A stretch of DNA of 64,000 nt. It comes from Cenarchaeum sp. (GTDB lineage Archaea > Thermoproteota > Nitrososphaeria > Nitrososphaerales > Nitrosopumilaceae). This document shows, piece after piece, positions 31,354-41,790 of this stretch; the stretch's first letter is position 1, and each line of letters opens with the position of its first letter. The notes beneath the pieces were generated by a model. It saw nothing but the letters and a program-made list of their open reading frames with translations, was not told where the DNA came from and ran no database searches. A program made the position numbers and the translations under genes. The stretch spans positions 992,001 through 1,056,000 of the forward strand of contig OZ242221.1 of assembly GCA_965206845.1 (NCBI GenBank), given 5' to 3'.

Positions 31354-34188
31354 TTGTTGGAGTACAAGATTCCAAGCGTGTTTGCTCTTGCAGTAATTGT
31401 AGCTAGCACCATGGGTGTCGGCGCGTATGCGCAGGACGGCGCCTCCGACTCTGGACTGTCCGGGGAGATCAGTCTTGGCCTGATCTCGCCGCTTACGGGT
31501 GACGTGGCCCAGTACGGGGAGGAGAACCTGGCTGCCACAGAGCTTGCCGTAGCTGACTTTAATGAGTATCTTGCCGGCAAGGATGCCGGCTGGTCAATTA
31601 GTGTGATAGTCGAGGACTCGGAGACGCTTCCCACAGCGGCGCTGGAAAGGCTGCAATCGCTGCACGCCAGGGACATAAGCGTCGTACTCGGGCCCTGGTC
31701 CAGCGCATCCCTGCAGAACGTAAAGGGATACGCCGATTCCAACGGGATGCTGCTCTTCAGCTGCTGCTCCACATCGCCGCTCATTGCCATCTCTGGAGAT
31801 TCCGTCTTTAGGATGTCGCCGGACGACTCCAAGCAGGGTACCGCAATAGGCAAGATCTTTGAGGATGCCGGGCTGGAAGTGATGGTGCCGGTGTGGCGCG
31901 AGGACGCATGGGGAGTGGGACTCCAGGATGCTTCACGGGGGTCGTTTGAGTCCCGGGGTGGCATAGTCGACGACGGACTGGGTTACAGCCCCGAGACCAG
32001 CGAGTTCTCATCCGAGGTGTCCGCCCTGGCAGACACAGTGCGGGGATATGTGAATGATTACGGCGCAGACAAGGTGGGTGTGCTGTACATCGGGTTCGGC
32101 GAGGTGCTGCCGTTCATGCAGTCCGCATCGGGCCACGCAGTGCTTTACGACGTAAGGTGGTTTGGCAGCGATGCCAACACGAATGATTTGAACCTCGTGG
32201 AGGATCCCGCCGGACTGCAATTTGTAACCGATACCAGGTATACCACCGTGCAGGTGGCGTCGGGCAAGAATGATCTCAGCAGGTATGTGGACAGCTCGCT
32301 GCAGACAAGCATTGGACGGATACCGAGCACGTACGCAAGCTCCGCATACGACATGATGTGGATAGCGGGACTTGCGATAGAGAGAGAGCAGAGCGTGGAT
32401 GTTGCGGCGCTGACCAAGGCAATACCTGAGATTGCCGCGGGATACAATGGAGCCTTGGGCTCCGCCCGACTCAACGACTTTGGCGACCTGGCCCAGACAA
32501 ACTACGACATATGGGACATCAGGGACGGCGTATGGACGGTGGCGGGAACGTACTTTGCATCCTCAGATACCATCAAGCATGACGACGGCACTGGGCTGTC
32601 CGGTGAGATACAGATAGGCTCAATCCTGCCGCTCACAGGCAGGCTCTCAAAGCACGGTGAGGAGAACTGGGCAGCCTCTGTTCTTGCCACTGTAGACTTT
32701 AACAAGTACCTGGCAGACAACAATGCAAACTGGTCGCTTAGCGCCGTAGTTGAGGATTCGCAGACATCGCCCACGGTCGCACTTGAAAAGCTCCAGGTGC
32801 TGCATGCCAAAAGCATAAAGATCGTGCTGGGACCCGAGACCAGCTCCAACCTTCAGAACATAAAGGGGTATGCGGACGCCAACGAGATACTGCTCTTCAG
32901 CTGCTGCTCCACGTCCCCGCTTCTTGCCATATCCGGCGATACGATATTCAGGATGGCACCGGATGACACCAACCAGGGCACCGCACTGGGCAAGATCTTC
33001 ACGGATGCAGGAATGGAGGCAGTGGTGCCGGTATGGCGCGAGGACGCGTGGGGCGTGGGACTTGTAGGGTCCGTGCGTGACTCATTTACGTCCAAGGGCG
33101 GCACGGTAGCCGACGGGCTTGGATACAACCCCGAGGCCAGCGACTTTTCGGCCGAGACGTCGCTCCTGGCAGAGATAGTGCGGGAGTATGTGGGCGAGTA
33201 CGGCGCGGACAAGGTGGCCGTGATGTACATCGGGTTCGGCGAGGGCCTGCTGTTCATGCAGTCCGCATCGGACCAGGAGATACTCAGTGACGTGAGGTGG
33301 TTTGGCACCGACGCCAACACCCGGGATCCGACATTCGTCGACGATCCGATAGGGCTTGAATTTGTAAATGATATCAGGTATACCACCGTGCAGGTGGCAT
33401 CGGGCAAGAACGACATCAGCAAGCGCGTGGACGAGTCGCTGGTGGCGGAGCTTGGAAGGGTGCCAAGCACGTATGCGAGCTCCGCATACGACGCGGTATG
33501 GGTCGTCGGCCTTGCGATGGATAGGGAACAGAGCACAGATGTCGCACTGCTGAGCCAGGCGATTCCCGAGATTGCCGCAGAGCACACGGGCGCCCTGGGC
33601 TCCACGCGACTCAACGACTACGGCGACCTGGCCCAGACAAACTATGACGTCTGGGACATCAGGGACGGCGTATGGACACTGGCCGGGACGTACTTTTCGG
33701 CCACTGACACGATCATGCTTGATGATGGCACGGTAGACACGCCTGACGAAGTAGTGCCGGACATGCCTGACGAAGTAGTGCCGGACATGCCTGACGAAAC
33801 CACGCCCCCTGGCGGATGCCTGATTGCGACCGCCGCATACGGCAGTGAGCTTGCACCGCAGGTCCAGTTCCTGCGCGAGATCAGGGACAACACGCTGCTC
33901 TCGACTGACTCTGGGACATCATTCATGACGGGCTTCAACCAGTTCTACTACTCGTTCTCCCCCGCTGTTGCAGACCTTGAGCGCGAGAATGTCGTGTTCA
34001 GGGACGCCGTGAGGGTGGCGATAACGCCTGGACTGTACACGCTGAACATAATGACGCTTGCGGACCAGAACTCTGATGCCTCGGTCATCGCATTTGGCCT
34101 ACTCGCGATTGCCGCCATGGCGGGCATCTATGTGGCAGGACCCGTCCTGGCGATACGCACCATCCGCAAAAGAGTAAGGCACGCATAG
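31354..34188 (+). CDS. Branched-chain amino acid-type ABC substrate-binding protein with two tandem PBP1 domains and CFI-box-CTERM anchor
   Basis: Two ~380-aa repeats; C-terminal GGCLIATAAYGSELAPQVQFLREIRD and TM. Confidence 0.88.
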   Translation: MLEYKIPSVFALAVIVASTMGVGAYAQDGASDSGLSGEISLGLISPLTGDVAQYGEENLAATELAVADFNEYLAGKDAGWSISVIVEDSETLPTAALERLQSLHARDISVVLGPWSSASLQNVKGYADSNGMLLFSCCSTSPLIAISGDSVFRMSPDDSKQGTAIGKIFEDAGLEVMVPVWREDAWGVGLQDASRGSFESRGGIVDDGLGYSPETSEFSSEVSALADTVRGYVNDYGADKVGVLYIGFGEVLPFMQSASGHAVLYDVRWFGSDANTNDLNLVEDPAGLQFVTDTRYTTVQVASGKNDLSRYVDSSLQTSIGRIPSTYASSAYDMMWIAGLAIEREQSVDVAALTKAIPEIAAGYNGALGSARLNDFGDLAQTNYDIWDIRDGVWTVAGTYFASSDTIKHDDGTGLSGEIQIGSILPLTGRLSKHGEENWAASVLATVDFNKYLADNNANWSLSAVVEDSQTSPTVALEKLQVLHAKSIKIVLGPETSSNLQNIKGYADANEILLFSCCSTSPLLAISGDTIFRMAPDDTNQGTALGKIFTDAGMEAVVPVWREDAWGVGLVGSVRDSFTSKGGTVADGLGYNPEASDFSAETSLLAEIVREYVGEYGADKVAVMYIGFGEGLLFMQSASDQEILSDVRWFGTDANTRDPTFVDDPIGLEFVNDIRYTTVQVASGKNDISKRVDESLVAELGRVPSTYASSAYDAVWVVGLAMDREQSTDVALLSQAIPEIAAEHTGALGSTRLNDYGDLAQTNYDVWDIRDGVWTLAGTYFSATDTIMLDDGTVDTPDEVVPDMPDEVVPDMPDETTPPGGCLIATAAYGSELAPQVQFLREIRDNTLLSTDSGTSFMTGFNQFYYSFSPAVADLERENVVFRDAVRVAITPGLYTLNIMTLADQNSDASVIAFGLLAIAAMAGIYVAGPVLAIRTIRKRVRHA
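33741..33798 (+). repeat. 24-bp coding tandem repeat (PDEVVPDM linker)
   Basis: GCCTGACGAAGTAGTGCCGGACAT, about 2.4 copies. Confidence 0.85.
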
Positions 34189-34674
34189 TATCCCCCGTAT
34201 GTCGGCAGCAGATATTCTTTGGCGCTCCTCGGGCATGATTTTGCATGCCTTTGGACCTGTCGCATGATGCCGTCTGCTGCATCGGGCTGGATGTGAAGGC
34301 GCTCCGAAATGCCTGCCTGTGCGCAGGCGAATGGGGATGCGGCCCATGACAGATCACGTGCTGTCGCCGGATCCACCCCCTTGCATGCCGGCGCGGCACG
34401 AGGCCATCGGGATTGTCAGGATGCACGGCTGCCGGCCGCTTCAGTGCACGTTCATCTCGCAGGCCGCTTCCGGCCCCTTCGGGTTCGGATCGTACCTGTC
34501 CGGCAGGCTGCACACCCGACGTCGGGGGCACACGCCCACCAACACAGCAGCCCTAGTCGCCCCCACGCCCGGGGGTCTCTTGGGTCATGCGCCTTTAGGG
34601 GTCGCCTGCAGCGCATGCCGCGTGGCAAATGCTATCATGCTCTCTCATGGGGACTGGGATCTAGCTGGCATTGT

Positions 34675-35151
34675 TCAGTTGAACGGGGCATCTGCCATTA
34701 TGACGTCCTCGTTGTTGAGAACGACTGCGTATGCCGTACTGCCAGATTCCAGCTCTATTGTCTGAAGTCCCGCGACGGTGCCATAGAATAGCGCATAGCC
34801 CGTCTCGCCATGCCTTACCTGGTCGTCATACAGCAGATAGTACTCGTCATTGCCTGTATCGATCAGGTAGGCAAGACCGTCAAGCGGCAACTCCTCAATT
34901 CCCACTATCTGTCCTGTCCCCTTTACTACCTGGCCCACGTACGAGTCGTTGTTCTCAACCAGTTCAGCATGGCTCACATCCCTTAGCGCTATCATATCCA
35001 GCTCCTCGTTTGAGATGCCCATGCCCATCTGCTCTTCTATTTCGCTCACGACAGCATACAGGAGTGCTGCGCCGGCTGCCACTATTACCCCAATGATAAC
35101 TCCGATAATGATGACTACCTTTACTGCCGTATGCACTACTGCACTCAGCAT
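34675..35151 (-). CDS. Membrane-anchored acidic hypothetical protein
   Basis: N-terminal TM then acidic beta-rich domain. Confidence 0.7.
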   Translation of the reverse strand: MLSAVVHTAVKVVIIIGVIIGVIVAAGAALLYAVVSEIEEQMGMGISNEELDMIALRDVSHAELVENNDSYVGQVVKGTGQIVGIEELPLDGLAYLIDTGNDEYYLLYDDQVRHGETGYALFYGTVAGLQTIELESGSTAYAVVLNNEDVIMADAPFN

Positions 35152-35312
35152 GCTCTTTCCATATGAAGGTAGTCTACTCTCCAGTAGCACAGATGCAGCC
35201 GCCGCAGGGGAACGGGATCCATGGCCCGCGCGAGGCCGAAACGGCGGATCCGCGTTTTGCGGGGAACTGCATGAGGTAGTTTTAATAAAAATAGGCTCCC
35301 CAATTCAACCAC

Positions 35313-36602
35313 ATGTCAGAGTTCAAGGGGTACACCGGACGATCTCTCGAGTTTCTCAGGTCCGAGAACCTTGCTGTCGGGGACCGGGTAAGGATCGCGG
35401 CCGGCCTGACCTATTCCGGGATCCTGATGCCCAGGTACGAGGGAGGCAGCGGCGGCATAATCGTGCTCAAGCTCCCGAGCGGCTACAACGTGGGGGTGGA
35501 CGTGGACGGAATCACCGGCGTCGAGAGGCTTGATCAGGAGCCCGAGGCGGAGCAGGGGGAGGATGTCCCCGCAGGGAACCCCGCGCTGCCGAAGATCCTT
35601 CTGCTCTCCACGGGCGGCACCATCGCCAGCAGGATAGACTACAGGACGGGGGCGGTGACCCCCACCGTCACGCCGGAGGATCTCAACGCCTCGGTGCCGG
35701 AGCTGGGCAAGATCGCCAACATCGAGACGGAGATACTGTTCTCCGAGTACTCGGAGAACCTGCAGCCGGAGCACTGGCAGGGCATCGCGCAGAGGCTGGA
35801 CCAGCTGTCCGGATCCGACTACCGGGGGATAATCGTCGCCCACGGAACGGACACCATGCACTACACCTCGGCCTTTCTCTCGTTTGCGCTCACCGGATAC
35901 CCGATCCCCATCGCCATGGTCGGCTCGCAGAGATCCTCCGACAGGCCGTCGTCTGATGCCGCCCTGAACCTCATCGGCGCCGCCAGGTTCCTGACCGAGT
36001 GCGGCACCCGGGGCGTCTTTGTCGTCATGCACCATGACGAAAGCGACACGGCGGTAGCGTGCCATCTGGGAACCAGGGTCAGGAAGATGCACACCAGCAG
36101 GCGTGGCGCCTTTCAGACCATAAACTCGGATCCCGCGTTTCTCATAACCGACGGGGAGATCAAGCGGAACATGGACGGCGGGTTCTTTGGCTCCGCCGGG
36201 TACAACCCGAGAACGGCAGTGGATGCGCGGGTCGCCCTGGTCAAGTACCATCCGGGGTACGACCCGGCACACCTGGACTACCTGGTAGAGTCTGGCACAA
36301 GGGCGGTCATCTTCGAGGGGACGGGCCTTGGCCATGTGGGACGGACCCTGTACGGTGCCGTGGAAAGGGCGGCCAGGAAAGGGGTATTTCTTGGAATGGC
36401 CTCGCAGTGCGTTGGCGGCAGAACCAGGATGACCGTCTACGAGAGCGGCCGGGATCTGACGGCCTTGGGCGTGACGCCGCTTGGCGACATGCTCTCCGAG
36501 GTGGCCCTGGTCAAGGCCATGTGGGCCCTGGGAAACTCGCAGGACCGTGACGGGTTCCTGAGACTGATGCTCTCCCGCGTGGCATCAGAGTCCTCCGACT
36601 AG
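35313..36602 (+). CDS. gatD: Glu-tRNA(Gln) amidotransferase subunit D
   Basis: STGGTIASRIDY.TG, HGTDT, SQRSSDRPSSD. Confidence 0.96.
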   Translation: MSEFKGYTGRSLEFLRSENLAVGDRVRIAAGLTYSGILMPRYEGGSGGIIVLKLPSGYNVGVDVDGITGVERLDQEPEAEQGEDVPAGNPALPKILLLSTGGTIASRIDYRTGAVTPTVTPEDLNASVPELGKIANIETEILFSEYSENLQPEHWQGIAQRLDQLSGSDYRGIIVAHGTDTMHYTSAFLSFALTGYPIPIAMVGSQRSSDRPSSDAALNLIGAARFLTECGTRGVFVVMHHDESDTAVACHLGTRVRKMHTSRRGAFQTINSDPAFLITDGEIKRNMDGGFFGSAGYNPRTAVDARVALVKYHPGYDPAHLDYLVESGTRAVIFEGTGLGHVGRTLYGAVERAARKGVFLGMASQCVGGRTRMTVYESGRDLTALGVTPLGDMLSEVALVKAMWALGNSQDRDGFLRLMLSRVASESSD

Positions 36603-36627
36603 GTTTTAATGGTTCGGCAATCCAAGG

Positions 36628-38532
36628 GTGGTGTTGAGCATAGATCCCAGCGAGATAGGGCTCAAGGTGGGCCTGGAGATACACCAGCAGCTGGCAACGG
36701 GGCGGAAGCTATTCTGCGCCTGCGGCCAGGCCGAGTCTGACGAGTTCACCAGGAGGTTCACCCGGAGACTGCGGGCCTCAAAGAGCGAGACGGGCAGGTA
36801 CGATCCCGCAGCCATCTTTGAAAAAGCAAAGTCAAAGGTCATGGTGTACAGCGGCGCCTCCCAGAGCAGCTGCCCGGTGGAGGAGGACGAGGAACCGCCA
36901 CACGACCCGGACCCGGCCGCAAAGGAGACGGCCCTGCTGATCGCATCGGCGCTCGGCTCGAGGATCTTCAGGGAGATCTTTGTGATGCGCAAGATCGTCA
37001 TCGACGGATCCAACACCTCGGGATTCCAGAGGACCGCGCTGGTCTCACAGGGCGGCGTCCTCAAGGTGGGAGACAGGCGGGTAGGCGTCCAGTCGATCTG
37101 CCTCGAGGAGGATGCGGCCAGGCTGATCGGGGACAGCGGTGATGTCCGGGAGTACAGCCTGGATCGGCTTGGGGTGCCACTGGTGGAGATCGCCCTGGAG
37201 CCGGTGGAGTCGGGACCGCAGGAGACAAGGAAGATAGCGCTGGCCCTGGGAAAGCTGCTGCGAACCACCAAGAGGGTGGCCAGGGGGATCGGCACCATCA
37301 GGCAGGACGTCAACGTGTCCGTTCGTGGCGGGGGCGTAGTCGAGGTAAAGGGCGTCCAGCAGCTGGATCAGCTGGAGAAGGCGATAGCGTTTGAGGCCAA
37401 GAGGCAGCACGGCCTCACCAGAATAGCGCAGAGGCTGCAGGGAAGGGACGTCGTGCCCCGCGACGATGACATATTCTGCGTCTCCGATCTTCTACAGGAC
37501 TGCGGCTCGAAGACAATCCAGAAGAGCCTGCGGGACGGCTCTGTGATCCGGGCGATCCGGGTCAGAGACTTTGCGGGGCTCTTTGGCTACGAGCCGTACC
37601 CCGGAGTGAGGGTCGGCCTGGAGATAGCCCAAGTGGTGAGGGCCTTGGGCGTCGGCGGGGTGTTCCACTCCGACGAGCTGCCAGGCTACGGAATCGGCGA
37701 TGGCGACGTGGCGGCCATCAGGGGCAGGCTGCGGGTGTCTGACGGTGACGGGTTTCTCATCGTCGCGGCCGACCCGTCCAGGATCGACTCCGTGACGGAT
37801 GCCATAGTGAACAGGATCCGCCAGGCGCAGGAGGGCGTCCCTGCGGAGACCCGGCAGGTCACCCCCGGCGGGGAGACCATATTCTTGAGGCCGAGGCCGG
37901 GGGCGGCCAGAATGTACCCGGAGACCGACATTGCGCCGATACCGGTGACACCCCAGGAGCTGCGCAGGGCAGAGGCGGACGTGCCCAGGCCCTGGGACGA
38001 CCTGCTGGCCGGTCTTGTGGCAAGATACCACCTGAATCCGCAGCTGGCAGAGCAGGTTCTCGACTCCAGGTACCTGGAGATCTTCGAGGAGATAGCCGGG
38101 CGGGGCGCGGTGCCGCCAAACTTTGTCGCATCAACGCTCTGCTCCACGATCACCGGCCTGCAGAGGCGGGGGCTGGCAGCGGAGCTGGCATCCCAAGACA
38201 TCCGGGATGCCTTTGATCTCCTGTCATCGGGCAGGATCCCAAAGGAGTCAGTGGAGCTCATCTTTGAGAGCATAATGTCCGGCGCGTCCCGGACCGCGCA
38301 GGAGGCGGTCGGCCGGCTGGGAATCGGCGCCATGGATCCCCAGGAGCTGGAGGAGATCCTGATGGGAATCGCGAAGGACAACCGCGACATGATCCTCAGG
38401 CAGAAGGAGAGGGCAGCGGGCTTTCTCATGGGGGCGGCCATGAAGCGGCTGCGGGGAAAGGCCCCGGGAAGCGCGATAAACTCAAAACTGCAACAGATAA
38501 TACGAGAAATGACCAAAGAAAAAAGCGGATAG
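36628..38532 (+). CDS. gatE: Glu-tRNA(Gln) amidotransferase subunit E
   Basis: GLEIHQQL, DGSNTSGFQRT, RPRPGAARMYPETD. Confidence 0.96.
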   Translation: MVLSIDPSEIGLKVGLEIHQQLATGRKLFCACGQAESDEFTRRFTRRLRASKSETGRYDPAAIFEKAKSKVMVYSGASQSSCPVEEDEEPPHDPDPAAKETALLIASALGSRIFREIFVMRKIVIDGSNTSGFQRTALVSQGGVLKVGDRRVGVQSICLEEDAARLIGDSGDVREYSLDRLGVPLVEIALEPVESGPQETRKIALALGKLLRTTKRVARGIGTIRQDVNVSVRGGGVVEVKGVQQLDQLEKAIAFEAKRQHGLTRIAQRLQGRDVVPRDDDIFCVSDLLQDCGSKTIQKSLRDGSVIRAIRVRDFAGLFGYEPYPGVRVGLEIAQVVRALGVGGVFHSDELPGYGIGDGDVAAIRGRLRVSDGDGFLIVAADPSRIDSVTDAIVNRIRQAQEGVPAETRQVTPGGETIFLRPRPGAARMYPETDIAPIPVTPQELRRAEADVPRPWDDLLAGLVARYHLNPQLAEQVLDSRYLEIFEEIAGRGAVPPNFVASTLCSTITGLQRRGLAAELASQDIRDAFDLLSSGRIPKESVELIFESIMSGASRTAQEAVGRLGIGAMDPQELEEILMGIAKDNRDMILRQKERAAGFLMGAAMKRLRGKAPGSAINSKLQQIIREMTKEKSG

Positions 38533-38548
38533 GCTAAAAACGCCCCCT

Positions 38549-38821
38549 TTATTTTTCCTCTGTTTCTTCTACTTTCCGTCGGCCGGTGCCTCTTCCAGTG
38601 GAGATGTACTTGCCCTCTGCAGAAGGCCGTCCTTCTGTCTCTTTTATATCGCCGAACTTTATCTTGCGGGTACCTCGACCGGAACTCACATACACATCCG
38701 CGGCGGCCTCTTTGCGCTTCTTCATGACTTCTTTGTACTCGTCTCCAGTCCAGTTGTCGGCTTCTTTGTCGACTACTCTTCTAGATGTTCCCCTTCCTCC
38801 GGAACGAACTACTTTGTCCAT
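38549..38821 (-). CDS. Small basic hypothetical protein with three SxGRGT repeats
   Basis: 90 aa with repeated (S/T)GRGT; promoter-like TTTAAA upstream. Confidence 0.75.
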   Translation of the reverse strand: MDKVVRSGGRGTSRRVVDKEADNWTGDEYKEVMKKRKEAAADVYVSSGRGTRKIKFGDIKETEGRPSAEGKYISTGRGTGRRKVEETEEK

Positions 38822-39042
38822 ATGAGACTGTACAACACACTATAGTTTAAAGTTATTTGTGCGGTGGTTCTTTTGCGCCATCGATGCCTGCCCGTTTTCC
38901 CTGTCTGGCTGTGCGAGGCAGCCCCCAGACATCAATATATTTAAGCACGGCATGCTATCTCTGCACATGGCCGGCATCTTTGACTTTATACCCGTCATCT
39001 CTGTAGTTCTGCTAGCTCTAGGTCTGATCGGTGTGATGGTGT

Positions 39043-41790
39043 ATGAAAGGGCAAGATCGGGGCACACCGAGAGACAGTCTGCCTGACTCGCTGTCGGCCA
39101 AGTTCCGGTCTCTGGGATTTGACAGCCTGACAGAGATCCAGAGAAGGGCTGTGCCCGTAATCTACCAGAAGAAGGACTCGCTGGTGATTGCGCCCACCGG
39201 CTCTGGCAAGACCGAGTGCTCCGTGATTCCGATCTTTGAGAGGGTAGGGCGGTCAAAGAAGCCCGGCCGGATAAAGGTGCTCTACGTCACGCCGCTGCGG
39301 GCGCTGAACCGGGACGTCTTTCGGAGGATCATGCGGTACGCCCAGTCCGACGGGCTTTCGATCGAGATCCGCCACGGCGATACCACCAGGGCTGCCCGGC
39401 GGAGGATCACCCTGAACCCGCCGGACATCCTCATCACGACCCCCGAGACGCTGGTGATCCTGCTGACGCAAAAGGCGGCGCTAGAGGCGCTCTCCGAGCT
39501 GGAGTGGGTCGTCATAGACGAGGTGCACGAGCTCCTCTCAAGCGAGCGCGGCGCCCAGCTCTCCCTGAGCCTGGAGCGGCTGCAGCTCAACGCCCGCTCG
39601 GAGATGACCAGGGTCGGGCTGTCCGCCACCGTGGGGGATGCGCTCCGGGCATCCAAGTTTGTCGTGGGAACGAAGCGGCGGTGCCGCATCATCCGGGACA
39701 CGTCACTGCGCAGGTATGACGTGGAGATCCGGTACGTGGACGGCACCATATCAGATGTCGCCGAGGCCATCGTCGACTACGTGGAGGGGCTGAAGCTGGA
39801 CTCGCAGGTCCTGCTCTTCACCAACACCAGGGGCGAGGCAGAGTTTCTCGCCTCCATCCTGCGCGAAAAGTCAGACGTGGGCATCGAGCTGCACCACGGC
39901 TCCCTCTCAAGGGACGTGAGGGAGGAGACCGAGTCCGTGCTCCGCGAGGGCAAGCGGGGAATCGTGGTGTGCACGTCATCACTCGAGCTGGGACTTGACA
40001 TCGGATCCATCGAGTTTGTCATCCATTACGGCTCTCCCAGGCAGGTGTCTAAGATGGTCCAGAGGATCGGCCGAAGCAAGCACTCCCGCAGGTCATCGGC
40101 CCGGGGGCTTGTCATCACCAACAGCGCAGACGACGAGTTCGAGGCCAAGGCCATCCTCGAGAGAATCCGGGAGGGCTCGATGGAGGACCAGGTCATCCAC
40201 GACGGCTCTCTGGACGTCTTGGCGCACCACCTGGTGGGCCTGACGATGCAGTGCGGCGAGGTCGAGGTGGGCGAGGCGCTGGGGATCTTTGCCCGGGCGT
40301 ACCCCTTTCGCAACCTGACGCTGGAGGACGTGGTCTCGGTGCTGGAACTGCTGGACGCAAACTACCTGGTCTTCTTTGACCGCCAGAATGCGCGCTTCAG
40401 GAGGAAGGGCCGCGCGTTCCGGTACTACTTTGAGAACCTCTCCACCATCCCCGACATACTCAAGTTCCGGGTGTTTGACTCCGTCGGCAAGAGGATCATC
40501 GGCACCCTGGATCAGAGATTCGTCGGCGACCACGGCGAGTCGGGAAACGTGTTTGTGCTGCGGGGAACCCAGTGGCGGATCCTGAACGTGGACGAAAAGT
40601 CCCTGGCGGTAAACGTGGAGCCGTTCCGGGGCGGCTCGACCACCGTCCCGTACTGGGAAGGCGAGTCGATTCCCGTGGATCGCCATACCGCAAGAAAGGT
40701 GGGCGCGTTTCGGACCAGGGTCGGTCAGGATCCCGGCCTTGTGCAAAACTCCGTGGTGTCCAGGTTGCAGATTCCCAGGATACCCGACGAGCGCGTCATG
40801 GTGGCCGAGTCCTCCCGTCCCAAGGGAATCCTGGTGCTGCACGCATGCCTTGGAAGCAGGATAAACTCCACCATATCCACGCTGCTCTCGTCCATGCTCT
40901 CCTCGCTGCTTGGCGTCGTGGTGGAGGCAAGGGCCGACGCCTACCGGATATCGCTCTCCTCTGCTGCCAGGATAACTGAGGCGCTTCTCCGGGATGTTCT
41001 GTGCGACGAGTACGACCTGTACTCGGTGATATCTGCATCCCTTGCGGACACGCACAACGTGACCTGGCGGACTTGGTGCGTAGCAAAAAAGTTCGGGGTC
41101 GTGGGCAGGGAGGCCGTATACGACAGGAGGCAGGCCAGGTTCCTCTACCAGAGGTACCTGGGCACCCCGATGGTAAAAGAGGCGCTGCGGGAGCTCTACC
41201 ACGACAAGTACGACCTGCCCGGAACCGAGCAGGCCCTGGCAGACATCAGGGAGGGCAGGATCCAGCTTGCGTGGACGGAGGTGGACGACTTTTCGCAGCT
41301 GGCCGAGCCCATACTGGATCACACGGCCAAGTACTACTCGTCCCCGTCCAGCCTGGACCAGGGCATACTGGACCTGATAAAGAGCCGCCTGTCCAAGACC
41401 CGGCACCGGCTGGTCTGCTGCCGGTGCGGCAAGTGGGAGATGGCAGTGCAGACCTGCGACGTAAAGGGCGCCCTGGCGTGCCCCTATTGCAGGGGCAGGC
41501 AGATCACCGCCACGTTCTACTCCGACTATGACCTTCCGGGCATCATAAGAAGGAAACACGCGGGCAAGAGGCTCAGCGCGGAGGAGGCCCACAAGTTTGA
41601 CCGTGCCTGGAAGGTCTCCTCACTGGTGGAGAGCTTTGGCAGCACCGCAATCTTGGTGATGTCCGGGTACGGCGTCGGCGCGGACACCGCGGCCCGCATA
41701 CTCCGGGATATGGTGGACGAGGAGACCCTGTACCGGCAGATCTACCAGGCAGAGAGGCAGTATGTCATGACCAGGGGCTTTTGGGACTAG
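39043..41790 (+). CDS. lhr: Lhr-like ATP-dependent helicase
   Basis: APTGSGKT, PLRALNRD, DEVHE, HHGSL, QRIGRS, C-terminal Zn finger. Confidence 0.92.
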   Translation: MKGQDRGTPRDSLPDSLSAKFRSLGFDSLTEIQRRAVPVIYQKKDSLVIAPTGSGKTECSVIPIFERVGRSKKPGRIKVLYVTPLRALNRDVFRRIMRYAQSDGLSIEIRHGDTTRAARRRITLNPPDILITTPETLVILLTQKAALEALSELEWVVIDEVHELLSSERGAQLSLSLERLQLNARSEMTRVGLSATVGDALRASKFVVGTKRRCRIIRDTSLRRYDVEIRYVDGTISDVAEAIVDYVEGLKLDSQVLLFTNTRGEAEFLASILREKSDVGIELHHGSLSRDVREETESVLREGKRGIVVCTSSLELGLDIGSIEFVIHYGSPRQVSKMVQRIGRSKHSRRSSARGLVITNSADDEFEAKAILERIREGSMEDQVIHDGSLDVLAHHLVGLTMQCGEVEVGEALGIFARAYPFRNLTLEDVVSVLELLDANYLVFFDRQNARFRRKGRAFRYYFENLSTIPDILKFRVFDSVGKRIIGTLDQRFVGDHGESGNVFVLRGTQWRILNVDEKSLAVNVEPFRGGSTTVPYWEGESIPVDRHTARKVGAFRTRVGQDPGLVQNSVVSRLQIPRIPDERVMVAESSRPKGILVLHACLGSRINSTISTLLSSMLSSLLGVVVEARADAYRISLSSAARITEALLRDVLCDEYDLYSVISASLADTHNVTWRTWCVAKKFGVVGREAVYDRRQARFLYQRYLGTPMVKEALRELYHDKYDLPGTEQALADIREGRIQLAWTEVDDFSQLAEPILDHTAKYYSSPSSLDQGILDLIKSRLSKTRHRLVCCRCGKWEMAVQTCDVKGALACPYCRGRQITATFYSDYDLPGIIRRKHAGKRLSAEEAHKFDRAWKVSSLVESFGSTAILVMSGYGVGADTAARILRDMVDEETLYRQIYQAERQYVMTRGFWD

